From a virus (taxonomy: Duplodnaviria; Caudoviricetes): a stretch of 64,000 nucleotides of DNA. Where the stretch lies: positions 1 to 64,000 of the IMG/VR virus record IMGVR_UViG_3300026176_000228; one strand, written 5' to 3'. Every line of letters starts with the position of its first letter. The stretch's first letter is position 1. The position numbers were made by a program, and so were the translations under genes. Of this stretch, positions 1 through 9,538 are shown piece after piece. A model generated the notes under the pieces. The model ran no database searches. It was not told where the DNA came from and saw only the letters and a list, made by a program, of their open reading frames with translations.

Positions 1-167
1 CGGCAATGCGTGGCCTGGATCAAGCAGGCCGGTTGGCTCTACCGCAAGAACCAGGACGATGGGCACATCATGGTGCGGTGTCCTGAGCATCAGGAGATCA
101 CGCACGACATGGAGGCTGAGGATGGATACGACAACCCCTGACCCGCAAGAGACAGCAGGACAAATCA

Positions 168-434
168 GTGATGGCGAAAAATCCTGGAAGAAGCATTGAC
201 ATGAAGCCGGGCTACGAGTACGTGCAATGCGCCAGGTGCGGCCTGTGGGTTGCCGCAAACTGGCTGGTGCGCCATCGCAAGAGCGGCTGTCAGAAGGGCG
301 GAACGATCCGGTACAGCGTGATGCCAACCTGCTCACATCCGGAACTGCGCTTTGACACGCTGGGATTGCGCTGTGCGCTGTGTGGTTATGTGTTCCCCAG
401 CAAAGCGCCGGTCGTAATCACGAGCGGGACGTAG
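168..434 (+). CDS. Hypothetical Zn-finger protein
   Basis: ORF with CxxC motifs (CARC, CALC); no family recognised. Confidence 0.5.
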   Translation: MMAKNPGRSIDMKPGYEYVQCARCGLWVAANWLVRHRKSGCQKGGTIRYSVMPTCSHPELRFDTLGLRCALCGYVFPSKAPVVITSGT

Positions 435-753
435 GGGGGGGGCAATGCACAATCGAGTGATTAGACTGCGCGGTCAGATTCCGTGCAATGGAACCTGGGG
501 GTTCGGAACTATCTGGCAGGCGGCCAGTTGGCGTGTACGTAGGCGGTCTGCATTGGCACGTAAGCGTATTGCTAGACGGAGATTAAAGTGTTCTGGCGTC
601 TAGCGGCTCGCGTTTTATGGCTCGTGCCGTCGTTGCGACGTGAACACGCCGACTTTGAGCGTCGCGCCTGGGATGCTGGCATGGCGTCTATGGAGTTCTC
701 ACTGTGGCTTCGTGATGTCTGGTTTCACGGAGCCTAACGGCCCTTAGCATAAG

Positions 754-802
754 TATCAGCTTTACTTATACATAGAATGAGGCCGTATAAGTAAAGCTGA
801 TA
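754..802. repeat. Perfect 18-bp inverted repeat (tatcagctttacttatac / gtataagtaaagctgata)
   Basis: Arms 754-771 and 785-802, immediately upstream of a promoter. Confidence 0.85.
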
Positions 803-811
803 AGGGGAGAC

Positions 812-841
812 TTGACAAAGCAGAACAGTATGTGATACAAT
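812..841 (+). promoter_or_regulatory. sigma70-like promoter
   Basis: TTGACA(812-817)-18 nt-TACAAT(836-841) with TGn extension. Confidence 0.65.
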
Positions 842-860
842 GTATCATAGAAAGGGTGAA

Positions 861-1058
861 ATGGTTGAGTTATTGACTGAGGCAATTCGAGTAAGGCTCA
901 CGCGCAGGCAACGCCTCTGGTTAGATACACATGCTAAGGCCGGTGTATCCCCCAGCGTGTTGGTGCGTGAGGCTTTGGATGCTTATATCGCGAAAGATGA
1001 TTTTTGGCATATGCCACTTCGATCAATTGAAGCAGCAGAGGATGTTGCAAAAGAATAG
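861..1058 (+). CDS. Ribbon-helix-helix (CopG-like) DNA-binding protein
   Basis: IRVRLT...GVSPSVLVREALDAY RHH pattern; ATG 861 follows aaaggg RBS. Confidence 0.7.
   Translation: MVELLTEAIRVRLTRRQRLWLDTHAKAGVSPSVLVREALDAYIAKDDFWHMPLRSIEAAEDVAKE
1004..1017. promoter_or_regulatory. Dispersed palindrome copy 1 (TTGGCATATGCCAc), inside the RHH gene
   Basis: 13/14 match to the motif found 10 times in the window. Confidence 0.6.
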
Positions 1059-1188
1059 TCTCCAGTGAGTAGTGGCATACGTCTGGAGACCATTCCGGTA
1101 AACGAGAATGTACTTGTATTTCTCACTACTAGAATACTACAAGTCACATTCTCCTGTCAAGCATATATAGGAGAATCTAAAGAATATC

Positions 1189-1779
1189 ATGGGTGAAAGT
1201 TCTAAACAGTACCGCTGGCGACCACCTACCTTCTTCAAGGAAGACCGCGATATCATCTTCGGGTACGAGAAAGAATTTGCTTCTTTGGTTAGCTGGATGC
1301 GTTGTTCGGATACCGAAGCCGCCAATCAAATTTTTCTAGCGGGCATGGAAGCTAAATCCCAAGAACGTACAGAAGCTACCAGTATGAGCAGCAAGATAGC
1401 TTCTTTTTCTAGGCGCAACGAGCAACACCTTTTCGATATCAAGCAACTGCGTAAAATCTTTCAGGAAGAATACGCGAGTAAGGGTGCGGATGAGTTTATT
1501 GCAGATTGTTTAGCTGATGGCATCAGTCAAGCTATCTGTGATGAAGTCTTGGAAAGTTTCATTACCCCAGAGTTGAGTTGGCGCGAAAGAGCAATTGATT
1601 GGCTTACTAATGTATGCTTGGTATCGGGAGATTGCAAGGAAACCGGTACCATCAAGCGTGAGGCTTTACAAGCCAACATCATTTCTGACCCCGAATTAGA
1701 TTGGAATAAGCTCCGTGTATTGGCTAGTGAGAAGGGTTTTACGGGTAAATTACGGGGAGTTTGGCGTCTACCGTCATGA
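1189..1779 (+). CDS. Hypothetical protein
   Basis: 196-aa ORF preceded by aggag. Confidence 0.7.
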   Translation: MGESSKQYRWRPPTFFKEDRDIIFGYEKEFASLVSWMRCSDTEAANQIFLAGMEAKSQERTEATSMSSKIASFSRRNEQHLFDIKQLRKIFQEEYASKGADEFIADCLADGISQAICDEVLESFITPELSWRERAIDWLTNVCLVSGDCKETGTIKREALQANIISDPELDWNKLRVLASEKGFTGKLRGVWRLPS

Positions 1780-1782
1780 CTG

Positions 1783-1864
1783 TAATATACGTTGATGTAA
1801 AGCAATCAATCGTATTCTTACAACTTCGTTATTACTACAACTTGCTTTACATCAACGTATATTA
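1783..1864. repeat. Perfect 23-bp inverted repeat with 36-nt loop
   Basis: taatatacgttgatgtaaagcaa (1783-1805) / ttgctttacatcaacgtatatta (1842-1864). Confidence 0.9.
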
Positions 1865-1887
1865 TTATTATCATGAATGGAGCATGT

Positions 1888-2817
1888 ATGGCAGAGAAAC
1901 TAGATTTTGGCCCCAATATAACTGATGCTCAATCATATTCTTCATACGGATACGATGTTGACAGACTTGAATATAAAGAGAATTATGCACGCTGCGAATA
2001 TATGATTGAATTACCCTGGTACAAAGAAATGTTGGCTTTCAATGCCGAGAAACAAGCATTATCTAACGCCGTAATTGATGGCATTACTTTTTCTGTTACA
2101 CCATCATTCAAGGATTATGTTGTCAAAAGAAAGAAATCGGCTTATATTTATTTTCTAGTGGACTCCGAGGGTAGCTTACTGTATATCGGCAAAAGCACCA
2201 GTTTGTGTGGTCGTATTAGAAGTCATATCAAAGCTGGTATTATTCCATTTGTGCGAGTAGTTGCAATTCGACTGGATGATTACTTAGAGAAGTCAAACAC
2301 TGAATTGTCTCGCTGTGAGGATTATTTTATCAAGAAGCTCAATCCTCCCTATAATTTACAGGGCACCGAGCAGTTCAAGCGCGGTAAACTAAATCCACGT
2401 TTCAGAAGCAACACATGGGCGGGTTGGCGAATCGATGTTGTTATCCAGGATAAAAAAGCGGAAGTAGACGAACAGAAGGAGGTTTTTGCTGGCATCGTAA
2501 AGATGCTTGGTATCGGTGTAGTTGAAGCTAAAGCTGAAATCTTTAAAGAGGGCATGTACCGTATTGTGCATGATCCTAAGTATAAAGAACAACGCGATGA
2601 GGATTTGTTTCTAGCTCAATCTATGCGTGAATTACGTGCTGAACTTGACCGTATTGATAGACTAAGTAGCCTCTATCATCGCATGGTGGATGCTTATCCC
2701 GATGGAGAAGAGCGATTTACGCAGTTCTGCATTGATACTAAAGTCTCTGATGAAGACCAAAAATTAGCTAGACGACAAACAGAATCAAACCTAAAGCGTA
2801 ATGGTGATTTCCGGTAG
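1888..2817 (+). CDS. GIY-YIG nuclease domain protein
   Basis: AYIYFL...LLYIGKS...RIRSH...E..FIKKLNPPYN GIY-YIG signature; start 1888 after ggag (alternative 1873). Confidence 0.8.
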   Translation: MAEKLDFGPNITDAQSYSSYGYDVDRLEYKENYARCEYMIELPWYKEMLAFNAEKQALSNAVIDGITFSVTPSFKDYVVKRKKSAYIYFLVDSEGSLLYIGKSTSLCGRIRSHIKAGIIPFVRVVAIRLDDYLEKSNTELSRCEDYFIKKLNPPYNLQGTEQFKRGKLNPRFRSNTWAGWRIDVVIQDKKAEVDEQKEVFAGIVKMLGIGVVEAKAEIFKEGMYRIVHDPKYKEQRDEDLFLAQSMRELRAELDRIDRLSSLYHRMVDAYPDGEERFTQFCIDTKVSDEDQKLARRQTESNLKRNGDFR

Positions 2818-2841
2818 AATTGGGAAATCTAATCTTTACTT

Positions 2842-2855
2842 TTAGCATATGCCAA
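2842..2855. promoter_or_regulatory. Dispersed palindrome copy 2 (TTAGCATATGCCAA)
   Basis: Directly upstream of the methyltransferase RBS. Confidence 0.75.
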
Positions 2856-2868
2856 AAAAGGATGCTTT

Positions 2869-3528
2869 ATGGAACCAACCTGGAGTTCGGATAATGGGAA
2901 TGTGCAGTTGTATTTAGGGGATAGCCTCGCTGTGCTGCCGACGCTGCCCGCCGATAGCGTTGACCTCATCCTCACCGACCCGCCGTACAACGTAGGCATC
3001 AAATACGGCTCAACCTACAACGACAACAAAACACCGGATGAGTTCAGGGCATGGGCCGCAAGCTGGTTCGCTGAATGTCGCAGGATTGCCAAAACGGTGC
3101 TTATCACTGGGCAAGCAAGGTTGCCAGATTATGCGCTGATTGAGCCGTGGAAGTGGTTGTTAGCTTGGTGGAAGCCTGCCGCTATGGGACGTTCGCCGGT
3201 TGGTTTTTGCAACTTTGAGCCGATTGCGATGTGGGGGAAGGGCAGTAATGCGGGGGTGGACGTTATCAAGGCTCGTATTGTGCCAGATGCGGCGCTATCA
3301 GGGCATCCATGCCCTAAGCCTCTTGATTGGGCACTAGGGCAACTGGCATTATTTCCCAATGCTGCAACCGTCCTCGACCCGTTCATGGGCAGCGGGACGA
3401 CAGGAGTTGCAGCGGTGCAGACGGGGCGCAAGTTCATCGGCATTGAGATTGACCCTGATTACTTTGAAATCGCGAAACGACGTATCATCGAGCAACTGGA
3501 ACACAATTCTATCTTTGACCTAACTTAA
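2869..3528 (+). CDS. DNA amino-methyltransferase (beta class, DPPY)
   Basis: LILTDPPY...HPCPKP...VLDPFMGSGTTG. Confidence 0.92.
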   Translation: MEPTWSSDNGNVQLYLGDSLAVLPTLPADSVDLILTDPPYNVGIKYGSTYNDNKTPDEFRAWAASWFAECRRIAKTVLITGQARLPDYALIEPWKWLLAWWKPAAMGRSPVGFCNFEPIAMWGKGSNAGVDVIKARIVPDAALSGHPCPKPLDWALGQLALFPNAATVLDPFMGSGTTGVAAVQTGRKFIGIEIDPDYFEIAKRRIIEQLEHNSIFDLT

Positions 3529-3549
3529 TCTTCAAAAAGAGAAGGCTAA

Positions 3550-3990
3550 ATGACCTCTAAACTCCAAAAACATATCGCAACGACCCAAGCTCAATTGCAA
3601 GATTTTGACTTCGCGTCCGAGAACGCAGGCAGGCTCGCGCTCGCGGTCGCGCAGAACGACATCGCGGAAATCCAACTGCAACTCAAGTTGGGGAGAAATG
3701 ATTTACGCGGTGATGAACAACGCGTCTGGTATGAGAAAACCAGTAAGGCCCTGACTCATCGCATGAATGAAGCCCGGCTTATCAAGGCTTGGATTCGGGA
3801 TAATCTAGGCAAGGTAGACCAGGCTAATCTGGATGATAGTGTGGTGGCACTCTTGAAACTGTATCGCATCCTGCAAGCCCATGTCCGGTTTCAGGAGATG
3901 GATGAGGACGAGCAGGAAGAATTCAAGTGCGCGCAGGATTTACTGTATCGCGCTTTGGGGACGACTAATATTGCACAGGTGCAACTCTAA
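3550..3990 (+). CDS. Hypothetical helical protein
   Basis: 146-aa ORF in operon context. Confidence 0.7.
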   Translation: MTSKLQKHIATTQAQLQDFDFASENAGRLALAVAQNDIAEIQLQLKLGRNDLRGDEQRVWYEKTSKALTHRMNEARLIKAWIRDNLGKVDQANLDDSVVALLKLYRILQAHVRFQEMDEDEQEEFKCAQDLLYRALGTTNIAQVQL

Positions 3991-4775
3991 TGCATCCCAC
4001 CTGGCAATCAGAAGATGAGCGTGTGCAATTATACCAAGCTGATTGTCGCGATGTTTTGCCTTTACTATCAGTTGGTGCAGCTAATATCGCGATTACTTCA
4101 CCGCCCTATAACATGCGGACTAGAATCCGAAATGGTGTATATACGGAACGTGAAATCGGTCAACACTTCTCGCGTAAGTATACCGACTTTCACGACGCGT
4201 ATCCCATCGCAGAATACTACGATATACACAAGGCTATCATCTTAGAGCTACTGCGCATCACCAGTATGAGTTTTATCAATATCCAAATTGTAACTGGCAG
4301 TAAAGAAGCCTGGTTCGCGCTCATCGGTGATTTTCGCCAGTATCTCAAAGATATCGCGATTTGGGATAAAGGTAGTGGTCAACCCGCGATGCATGATAAC
4401 GTCATGAACCGCGGTTCGGAGTTGATTTTGATTTTGGAATCCGCGATGACGGCAGGACGTGCCTTTCGGCGGTCCTACTTTCCGCGCGGCACGATGCCGG
4501 ATATCTGGCGACTAGGGCGCGGTGGCAGTGGCGAAGTAGATGGTAACGGGGCGGTCTTCTCAATTAAGCTAGTCAATCAGATATTACAAGGCTGGACATT
4601 ACCGGGTGATACCGTGCTTGACCCATTTATGGGTTCTGGTACGACGGGTATTGCAGCCCTGCGCGCGGGCAGGAAATTCATCGGTATTGAATTAACTGAG
4701 AGTGGTTTTGACCTGGCCAAGAAGAATCTGGTTCAGGAACTAGAACAGCAATCTATCTTTACGTTGGGAGCCTGA
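3990..4775 (+). CDS. DNA amino-methyltransferase (SPPY, probably N4-C)
   Basis: ITSPPY...VLDPFMGSGTTG. Confidence 0.92.
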   Translation: MHPTWQSEDERVQLYQADCRDVLPLLSVGAANIAITSPPYNMRTRIRNGVYTEREIGQHFSRKYTDFHDAYPIAEYYDIHKAIILELLRITSMSFINIQIVTGSKEAWFALIGDFRQYLKDIAIWDKGSGQPAMHDNVMNRGSELILILESAMTAGRAFRRSYFPRGTMPDIWRLGRGGSGEVDGNGAVFSIKLVNQILQGWTLPGDTVLDPFMGSGTTGIAALRAGRKFIGIELTESGFDLAKKNLVQELEQQSIFTLGA

Positions 4776-4776
4776 C

Positions 4777-5055
4777 GTGATTAGAATTTTAGACTTCGGC
4801 GCGACATGGTGCGCACCCTGTAAAACTCTACGACCTACCATCGAGCGCATCGCGCGCGAGTATGACATTAGTATCGAAGAAATTGACGTAGACCAAGACA
4901 GTAATACAGCGGAGAAATACGGTATCGTTTCTCTGCCAACTGTCTTGTTTTTGACAAACGGTCAAGCGGTCACAACTCTTTATGGTTCTAAAGTTAATTA
5001 CGCGTCTATCACGCGCGTGTTAGGTGAGTTGGGGCTGCATCGAACTAGAACCTGA
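4777..5055 (+). CDS. trxA: Thioredoxin
   Basis: DFGATWCAPCK active site and cis-Pro SLPT. Confidence 0.9.
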   Translation: MIRILDFGATWCAPCKTLRPTIERIAREYDISIEEIDVDQDSNTAEKYGIVSLPTVLFLTNGQAVTTLYGSKVNYASITRVLGELGLHRTRT

Positions 5056-5444
5056 TGTTGTCCGGTATAGTTCTGGCTCTAGTTTTACTGCTCAATACCT
5101 GGACTGGTGATGCCACTTGTTATGGAAAGGGAATTTTTCAGAAAGTTTGGGAGTATCGCAAAACTTACCTAGCGCCCTGTCCTGAATGTGTGGGCTATGC
5201 TGCGTTAGCTGACCCTAAGTATACCGGCAGTAAGATATGGGTTAGTGATGGCGTGCATTTCAGTGGGAAACTGCATGTCATCGACAACGGTGTGTTTCAT
5301 ACGCCCGGTCGGATTGTCGAGTTAGATGCTGAAACCTGTGCCGCGTGGGGCATGCGCGCGCCACGTAGAGTCACAGTCCAGTTCTATCCCTGGCTAGTGC
5401 AGTATCCGCGCGATTGGGTGCCGCCGAGAATACAAAAGGAGTAA
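5055..5444 (+). CDS. Secreted or membrane-anchored protein, possibly double-psi beta-barrel (RlpA/3D-like)
   Basis: Hydrophobic N-terminus; VIDNG...RIVELD pattern. Confidence 0.5.
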   Translation: MLSGIVLALVLLLNTWTGDATCYGKGIFQKVWEYRKTYLAPCPECVGYAALADPKYTGSKIWVSDGVHFSGKLHVIDNGVFHTPGRIVELDAETCAAWGMRAPRRVTVQFYPWLVQYPRDWVPPRIQKE

Positions 5445-5449
5445 TTGTT

Positions 5450-5463
5450 TTAGCATATGCCAA
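5450..5463. promoter_or_regulatory. Dispersed palindrome copy 3 (TTAGCATATGCCAA)
   Basis: Overlaps ATG 5457. Confidence 0.75.
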
Positions 5464-5681
5464 ATTACGAAGTCATCAGCTTAGGCTTAGAACCTCAGGT
5501 CTTGGAGTACACGGATTACACTGTCGCACAGGCTTATTATAACGCCTGTTCAGGAATGCGCTTTCTCAGAAAGGTTTCCGATGTTCAAACTAACAGTTTT
5601 GTTGACTATTGTCTTACTCGGCTTAGTGCCCGCCTCCCGCACTTTCGCGGCCAGTTCACCGCAGATGAGTTCCCAGGCTAG
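5457..5681 (+). CDS. Hypothetical protein
   Basis: aggag RBS, but overlaps the next ORF by about 100 nt. Confidence 0.4.
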   Translation: MPNYEVISLGLEPQVLEYTDYTVAQAYYNACSGMRFLRKVSDVQTNSFVDYCLTRLSARLPHFRGQFTADEFPG

Positions 5682-6009
5682 TTATCAGGGTCAAGGTCCG
5701 GTGCAGGTGTGGACGGAGCATGTCTTTGATATTCATACGATTCGCAATCGTCCTGCGGCCTTGCAGAAGTTTCTCAAATCCTGTCGTGAAACCAGCGGTT
5801 ATCAACCGGATGGGCAACTCGCCAAAGCTATCTTCAAGAATGCTAAAGGGCGTTGGATGATTCGGATGATTAGGTTGGAGAGTCGTGTGATGCCCGCGGT
5901 GTTGTTTCCAATTTACTACGATAGTGTCGGGATGTGTTTTAGGCGAGTAGATAATCAGCAGCCGATTCGTGGTGTGGGTGGTGTCTGTCGGAATTATGGG
6001 ATTAGCTAG
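5581..6009 (+). CDS. Hypothetical protein with signal peptide
   Basis: aaaggt RBS; N-terminal hydrophobic stretch ending in an AxA-like site. Confidence 0.6.
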   Translation: MFKLTVLLTIVLLGLVPASRTFAASSPQMSSQASYQGQGPVQVWTEHVFDIHTIRNRPAALQKFLKSCRETSGYQPDGQLAKAIFKNAKGRWMIRMIRLESRVMPAVLFPIYYDSVGMCFRRVDNQQPIRGVGGVCRNYGIS

Positions 6010-6017
6010 GTAAGGGG

Positions 6018-6078
6018 TCGCGCGCGCGCGTATTAATTAATAGTATCTATATTATATAGTATCGCGCGCGCGAGGCTG
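6018..6078. repeat. (CG)n - AT core (TTAATTAA) - (CG)n element, copy A
   Basis: tcgcgcgcgcgcg tattaattaa... cgcgcgcgcgaggctg; related copy at 7286-7336. Confidence 0.7.
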
Positions 6079-6081
6079 AGA

Positions 6082-7395
6082 ATGGATGGGAAGATGACTT
6101 ATCAGATTATCCAGGGTGACGCGCTAGAGATTGCTAAGACGCAGCCGGATAATAGTGTGCATTGTATAACTACTTCTCCGCCGTACTTTCGGCTCAGGAA
6201 ATATTCAACCGCGGTTTGGATAGATGAAGATGAGCAGTGCAAGCATGTACTTACTGGTCAAGTTTGTGGTAAATGCGGCGCGCGCTATATAGACCAGCAA
6301 ATTGGCATAGAAGATTCGGTCAGTGATTATATCGCGCGGTTGGTGGAGTTGTTTCGCGAACTGAGACGGATTTTACATCCTAGTGGTGTAGTGTTCCTTA
6401 ACCTCGGAGACAGCAGAGCAGGTTCAGGTGGCTCAGGTGGGGATTATAACAAGGGTGGTAAGCGCGCGGGTCAGCCTAGGTTCGCGGGTACGCGTAGCAG
6501 AGATACGCATTTCAAAGCTAAGGATTTGATGATGGTACCCGCCCGCGTTGCGATAGCTTTACAAAATGACGGTTGGTATCTTAGGTCCGACATCATTTGG
6601 AGTAAACCCAGTGTGATGCCGGAATCGGTGACGGATAGACCTACGCGCTCTTACGAACATGTTTTTTTACTCACTAAATCACCTAGATATTTTTGGGATA
6701 GTTGGGCTATTAGAGAAAAAAGCGTTACGGGTTTTACGCGCGCTAGAAAACGACCTAATGGCCTGAGCGTTGTTGAAGAAAAAGAGGGTGAATATGGTTT
6801 TACCTCTTGCGGCATAACTGACACCCGTAATAGTCGAGATGTTTGGGTTATCAATCCAAGTAGTAATACGGGCATCAAACATTACGCCACGATGCCCGTA
6901 GAACTGGCTAAGAAATGTATTCTCGCGGGAAGTTCAGAGTATGGCGTGTGTAGTAAATGCCTGGCTCCGTACCGGAGAATCATCAAACGCACTCCTGGCT
7001 ATTCCAAAGAGTGCCCTAAGACCCAAGCTGCACATGAAGCCCGCGGTGGTGGTAAGAAGTTTACGGGTACAGTCGGTAAATCAGGTGGTGGACGCACTGA
7101 TGGTACAGTTGAATTTCTAGGTTGGGAACCGACCTGTAAATGCCAAGACGCGACCGTAATCCCCTCTGTCGTCTATGACCCTTTCGCGGGTGCAGGCACA
7201 ACGATGCTGGCCGCGGAACTACTCGGTCGTAACAGTCTTGGCAGTGAATTAGGCGCGGGGTATATTGAGATGGCGCATGAGAGGATCGCGCGCGACTTAA
7301 TTAAATATAGTAAGCTACCGCGCGCGCGCGAGGCTGTAGCTGAACCAGAGGTTCTGGGTATCTTTAGCTTAGAAGGGATAGAAGATGAAAGTTAG
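6082..7395 (+). CDS. DNA N4-cytosine-type methyltransferase with Cys-rich insertions
   Basis: ITTSPPY, LRSDIIWSKP, HYATMP, VYDPFAGAGTT. Confidence 0.92.
   Translation: MDGKMTYQIIQGDALEIAKTQPDNSVHCITTSPPYFRLRKYSTAVWIDEDEQCKHVLTGQVCGKCGARYIDQQIGIEDSVSDYIARLVELFRELRRILHPSGVVFLNLGDSRAGSGGSGGDYNKGGKRAGQPRFAGTRSRDTHFKAKDLMMVPARVAIALQNDGWYLRSDIIWSKPSVMPESVTDRPTRSYEHVFLLTKSPRYFWDSWAIREKSVTGFTRARKRPNGLSVVEEKEGEYGFTSCGITDTRNSRDVWVINPSSNTGIKHYATMPVELAKKCILAGSSEYGVCSKCLAPYRRIIKRTPGYSKECPKTQAAHEARGGGKKFTGTVGKSGGGRTDGTVEFLGWEPTCKCQDATVIPSVVYDPFAGAGTTMLAAELLGRNSLGSELGAGYIEMAHERIARDLIKYSKLPRAREAVAEPEVLGIFSLEGIEDES
7286..7336. repeat. (CG)n - AT core - (CG)n element, copy B, inside the 3' end of the methyltransferase
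   Basis: tcgcgcgcgac ttaattaa ... cgcgcgcgcgaggctg. Confidence 0.65.
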
Positions 7396-7588
7396 TGTTA
7401 CATTCCATGTCTCAGACATGGCACGGCGCGGTATCAACTGGAATCGCGGTCGTCCTGGTTTAGCCACGCGCGCGGATATACAAAATGCTATCGGTGCGAC
7501 TGTAGATGTTTGGCTGGATGATATGGCTCAAGAGGGCTACGAGGCAGATAGTGAATCCGAAGAATCAGGAGCAGAAGATGACGGATGA
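7385..7588 (+). CDS. Hypothetical protein
   Basis: Overlapping-stop operon arrangement. Confidence 0.6.
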   Translation: MKVSVTFHVSDMARRGINWNRGRPGLATRADIQNAIGATVDVWLDDMAQEGYEADSESEESGAEDDG

Positions 7589-7769
7589 TGATTGGAATGT
7601 GCTGATGCAAGAGAAGATTACGCGCGCACCCTGGTGGAAGCATAAGCCTTACTTTCACTTTGGACTACGCGAGGATTGTCCTTATATCTGGTTTGGTTAT
7701 TGGCTGATTACTTGGGATAGAAGTTATCAAGGCATGTTGCGCATTGATATTAGCTTTTTGCCGGATTAG
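7578..7769 (+). CDS. Hypothetical Trp-rich protein
   Basis: aggag RBS before ATG 7578. Confidence 0.55.
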   Translation: MTDDDWNVLMQEKITRAPWWKHKPYFHFGLREDCPYIWFGYWLITWDRSYQGMLRIDISFLPD

Positions 7770-7778
7770 GAGTTTACT

Positions 7779-7982
7779 ATGCTAACTGATGCTGAATTTC
7801 TATTGTCCGTCGCGCATATTCCCGATAGCGAAGTCGCGCAGGATATTCGTGATACCGAAGATGAAATTTACGCCTTGAGACGCGAAATTAGAATGCGCGA
7901 ACAAGGCATTGAAGAACGTCAAGCATTTATTGCCAAGCTAAGGCATTTACAGGAACTACGTGCGAAAGCAGGAGTTGTTTGA
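7779..7982 (+). CDS. Hypothetical coiled-coil protein
   Basis: aggag RBS; heptad pattern. Confidence 0.65.
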   Translation: MLTDAEFLLSVAHIPDSEVAQDIRDTEDEIYALRREIRMREQGIEERQAFIAKLRHLQELRAKAGVV

Positions 7983-8779
7983 TGCATCAATACCTAGACA
8001 TGTTGCGCTATATTTTAGCTCATGGTGAAACGCGTGTAAATCGCACTGGCATAGATACCATTGGCGTCTTTGGTTATCAAGCGCGCTATGACCTACGTGA
8101 ACGCTTTCCCCTACTGACTACTAAGCAACTACACTGGAAAAGCATTGTCGAAGAACTGCTCTGGATGTTACGCGGCGAGACGAATATCAGGAGTCTCCAG
8201 GCTAAGGGTGTGACTATTTGGGATGAATGGTCGTCGCCTGATGGAGAGCTAGGGCCAGTTTATGGATTTCAGTGGCGACACTGGACTACTGATATTCGTT
8301 GGGAAGTGGATCAAATCAGCGACCTAATAAGTAATCTGAAAAGTAATCCCTTTTCACGCAGACATATCTTAACCGCGTGGAATCCTAGCACTGTCAATAA
8401 TTGTGCTTTACCACCCTGTCATGTCATGGCACAGTTCTATGTCAATAATCACGATGAACTGTCCTGTATGATGACGCAACGTTCATGTGACGCCTTTTTG
8501 GGCGCGCCGTATAATATCGCGTCCTACTCCCTACTCACCTGTATGCTGGCACAAGTTTGCGGCTTGAAGCCAGGCCAATTCATTCACTCAATTGGTGACT
8601 TGCATGTCTACAAGAACCACTTGGGAGCAGTCAAAGCCCAACTGATACGCGTTCCGCGTCTTTTACCGGTCCTAGAACTCAATCCTTCTATCACGGACAT
8701 TGACGCGTTCACCTATGAGGATTGTAAAATCCTAGACTATCACCCGCATCCCAAGATTGCGGCTCCAGTGGCGGTATAA
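7982..8779 (+). CDS. thyA: Thymidylate synthase
   Basis: RTGIDT, FPLLTTK, ELLWML, GPVYGFQWR, ALPPCH, QRSCDAFLGAPYN. Confidence 0.97.
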   Translation: MHQYLDMLRYILAHGETRVNRTGIDTIGVFGYQARYDLRERFPLLTTKQLHWKSIVEELLWMLRGETNIRSLQAKGVTIWDEWSSPDGELGPVYGFQWRHWTTDIRWEVDQISDLISNLKSNPFSRRHILTAWNPSTVNNCALPPCHVMAQFYVNNHDELSCMMTQRSCDAFLGAPYNIASYSLLTCMLAQVCGLKPGQFIHSIGDLHVYKNHLGAVKAQLIRVPRLLPVLELNPSITDIDAFTYEDCKILDYHPHPKIAAPVAV

Positions 8780-8780
8780 G

Positions 8781-9224
8781 ATGGCGCAATTCAATCCCGC
8801 CAATCACTTTGGCTTAGACCAAGAGTCTTACTCTGAAATCGAACACGCGTTACGCGCGCTAGACCCTGGTTTCTCGATGCATCGCTTTGTCGAAGATCGA
8901 CCTGAGTTTCACCAGAAGGTCAAGGCTAAACCGGTAGTCATAGAAGCTACGCCAGTCGCACCAGTCAAGACTAAGGTCGCGCGTGTATATGACTATATCG
9001 CGGAGTGCCAACCTGCCAGCGCGCGGGCGATCCGTAATGCAACAGGTTTAGATCATCGCGAAATCAGCAGTGTCTTGAATAAACTGTGTCGTCGCGGACA
9101 ACTGGCTAAACAACCGATTCCTGATGGCAATGGCAGGATGGTGTATCTGATAGTGCCAGAGAAGCCGTATCTGTCTGCGGAGAAGTTTCAATCTTGTAAC
9201 GGCACAACTGAGGATGGGGATTAA
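8781..9224 (+). CDS. Winged-HTH domain protein
   Basis: SARAIRNATGLDHREISSVLNKLCRRG. Confidence 0.6.
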   Translation: MAQFNPANHFGLDQESYSEIEHALRALDPGFSMHRFVEDRPEFHQKVKAKPVVIEATPVAPVKTKVARVYDYIAECQPASARAIRNATGLDHREISSVLNKLCRRGQLAKQPIPDGNGRMVYLIVPEKPYLSAEKFQSCNGTTEDGD

Positions 9225-9225
9225 T

Positions 9226-9423
9226 ATGCAAAAACCCTATTATCATTTACTAACCAGTAGCTTGTTTATCGTAGGCATTATGGCCCTAACGAGTTACGCT
9301 CTGGAGCAGGACATTCTTTTAGACTGGATGCGACTTCCCTTTTTCTCACTCATGGTCTTGGCATTGCTGATGCAACTGACTGTTTTTATCCTTGCAGTTA
9401 TCACGATTGTTTTAGGAGACTAG
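9226..9423 (+). CDS. Small membrane protein (2 TM)
   Basis: Two hydrophobic segments. Confidence 0.55.
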   Translation: MQKPYYHLLTSSLFIVGIMALTSYALEQDILLDWMRLPFFSLMVLALLMQLTVFILAVITIVLGD

Positions 9424-9538
9424 CTGTAGAATGGCCCTGTGGCTGCGCTGGGCGTTCACTGGGGCGTGCTGCACTCCGAAGTCGTAGTATTTGACCTTGC
9501 CCTTGAAATTGACCGTCTAGAGAGGTTTTCGTGACATT

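Noticed and set aside
435-750. Possible tRNA or structured RNA
   Set aside because: No cloverleaf or T-loop consensus could be built
8727-8740. 13/14 match of the predicted TnpB guide to thyA (aaatcctagactat)
   Set aside because: Seed mismatch, no TTGAC upstream, and short enough to be chance
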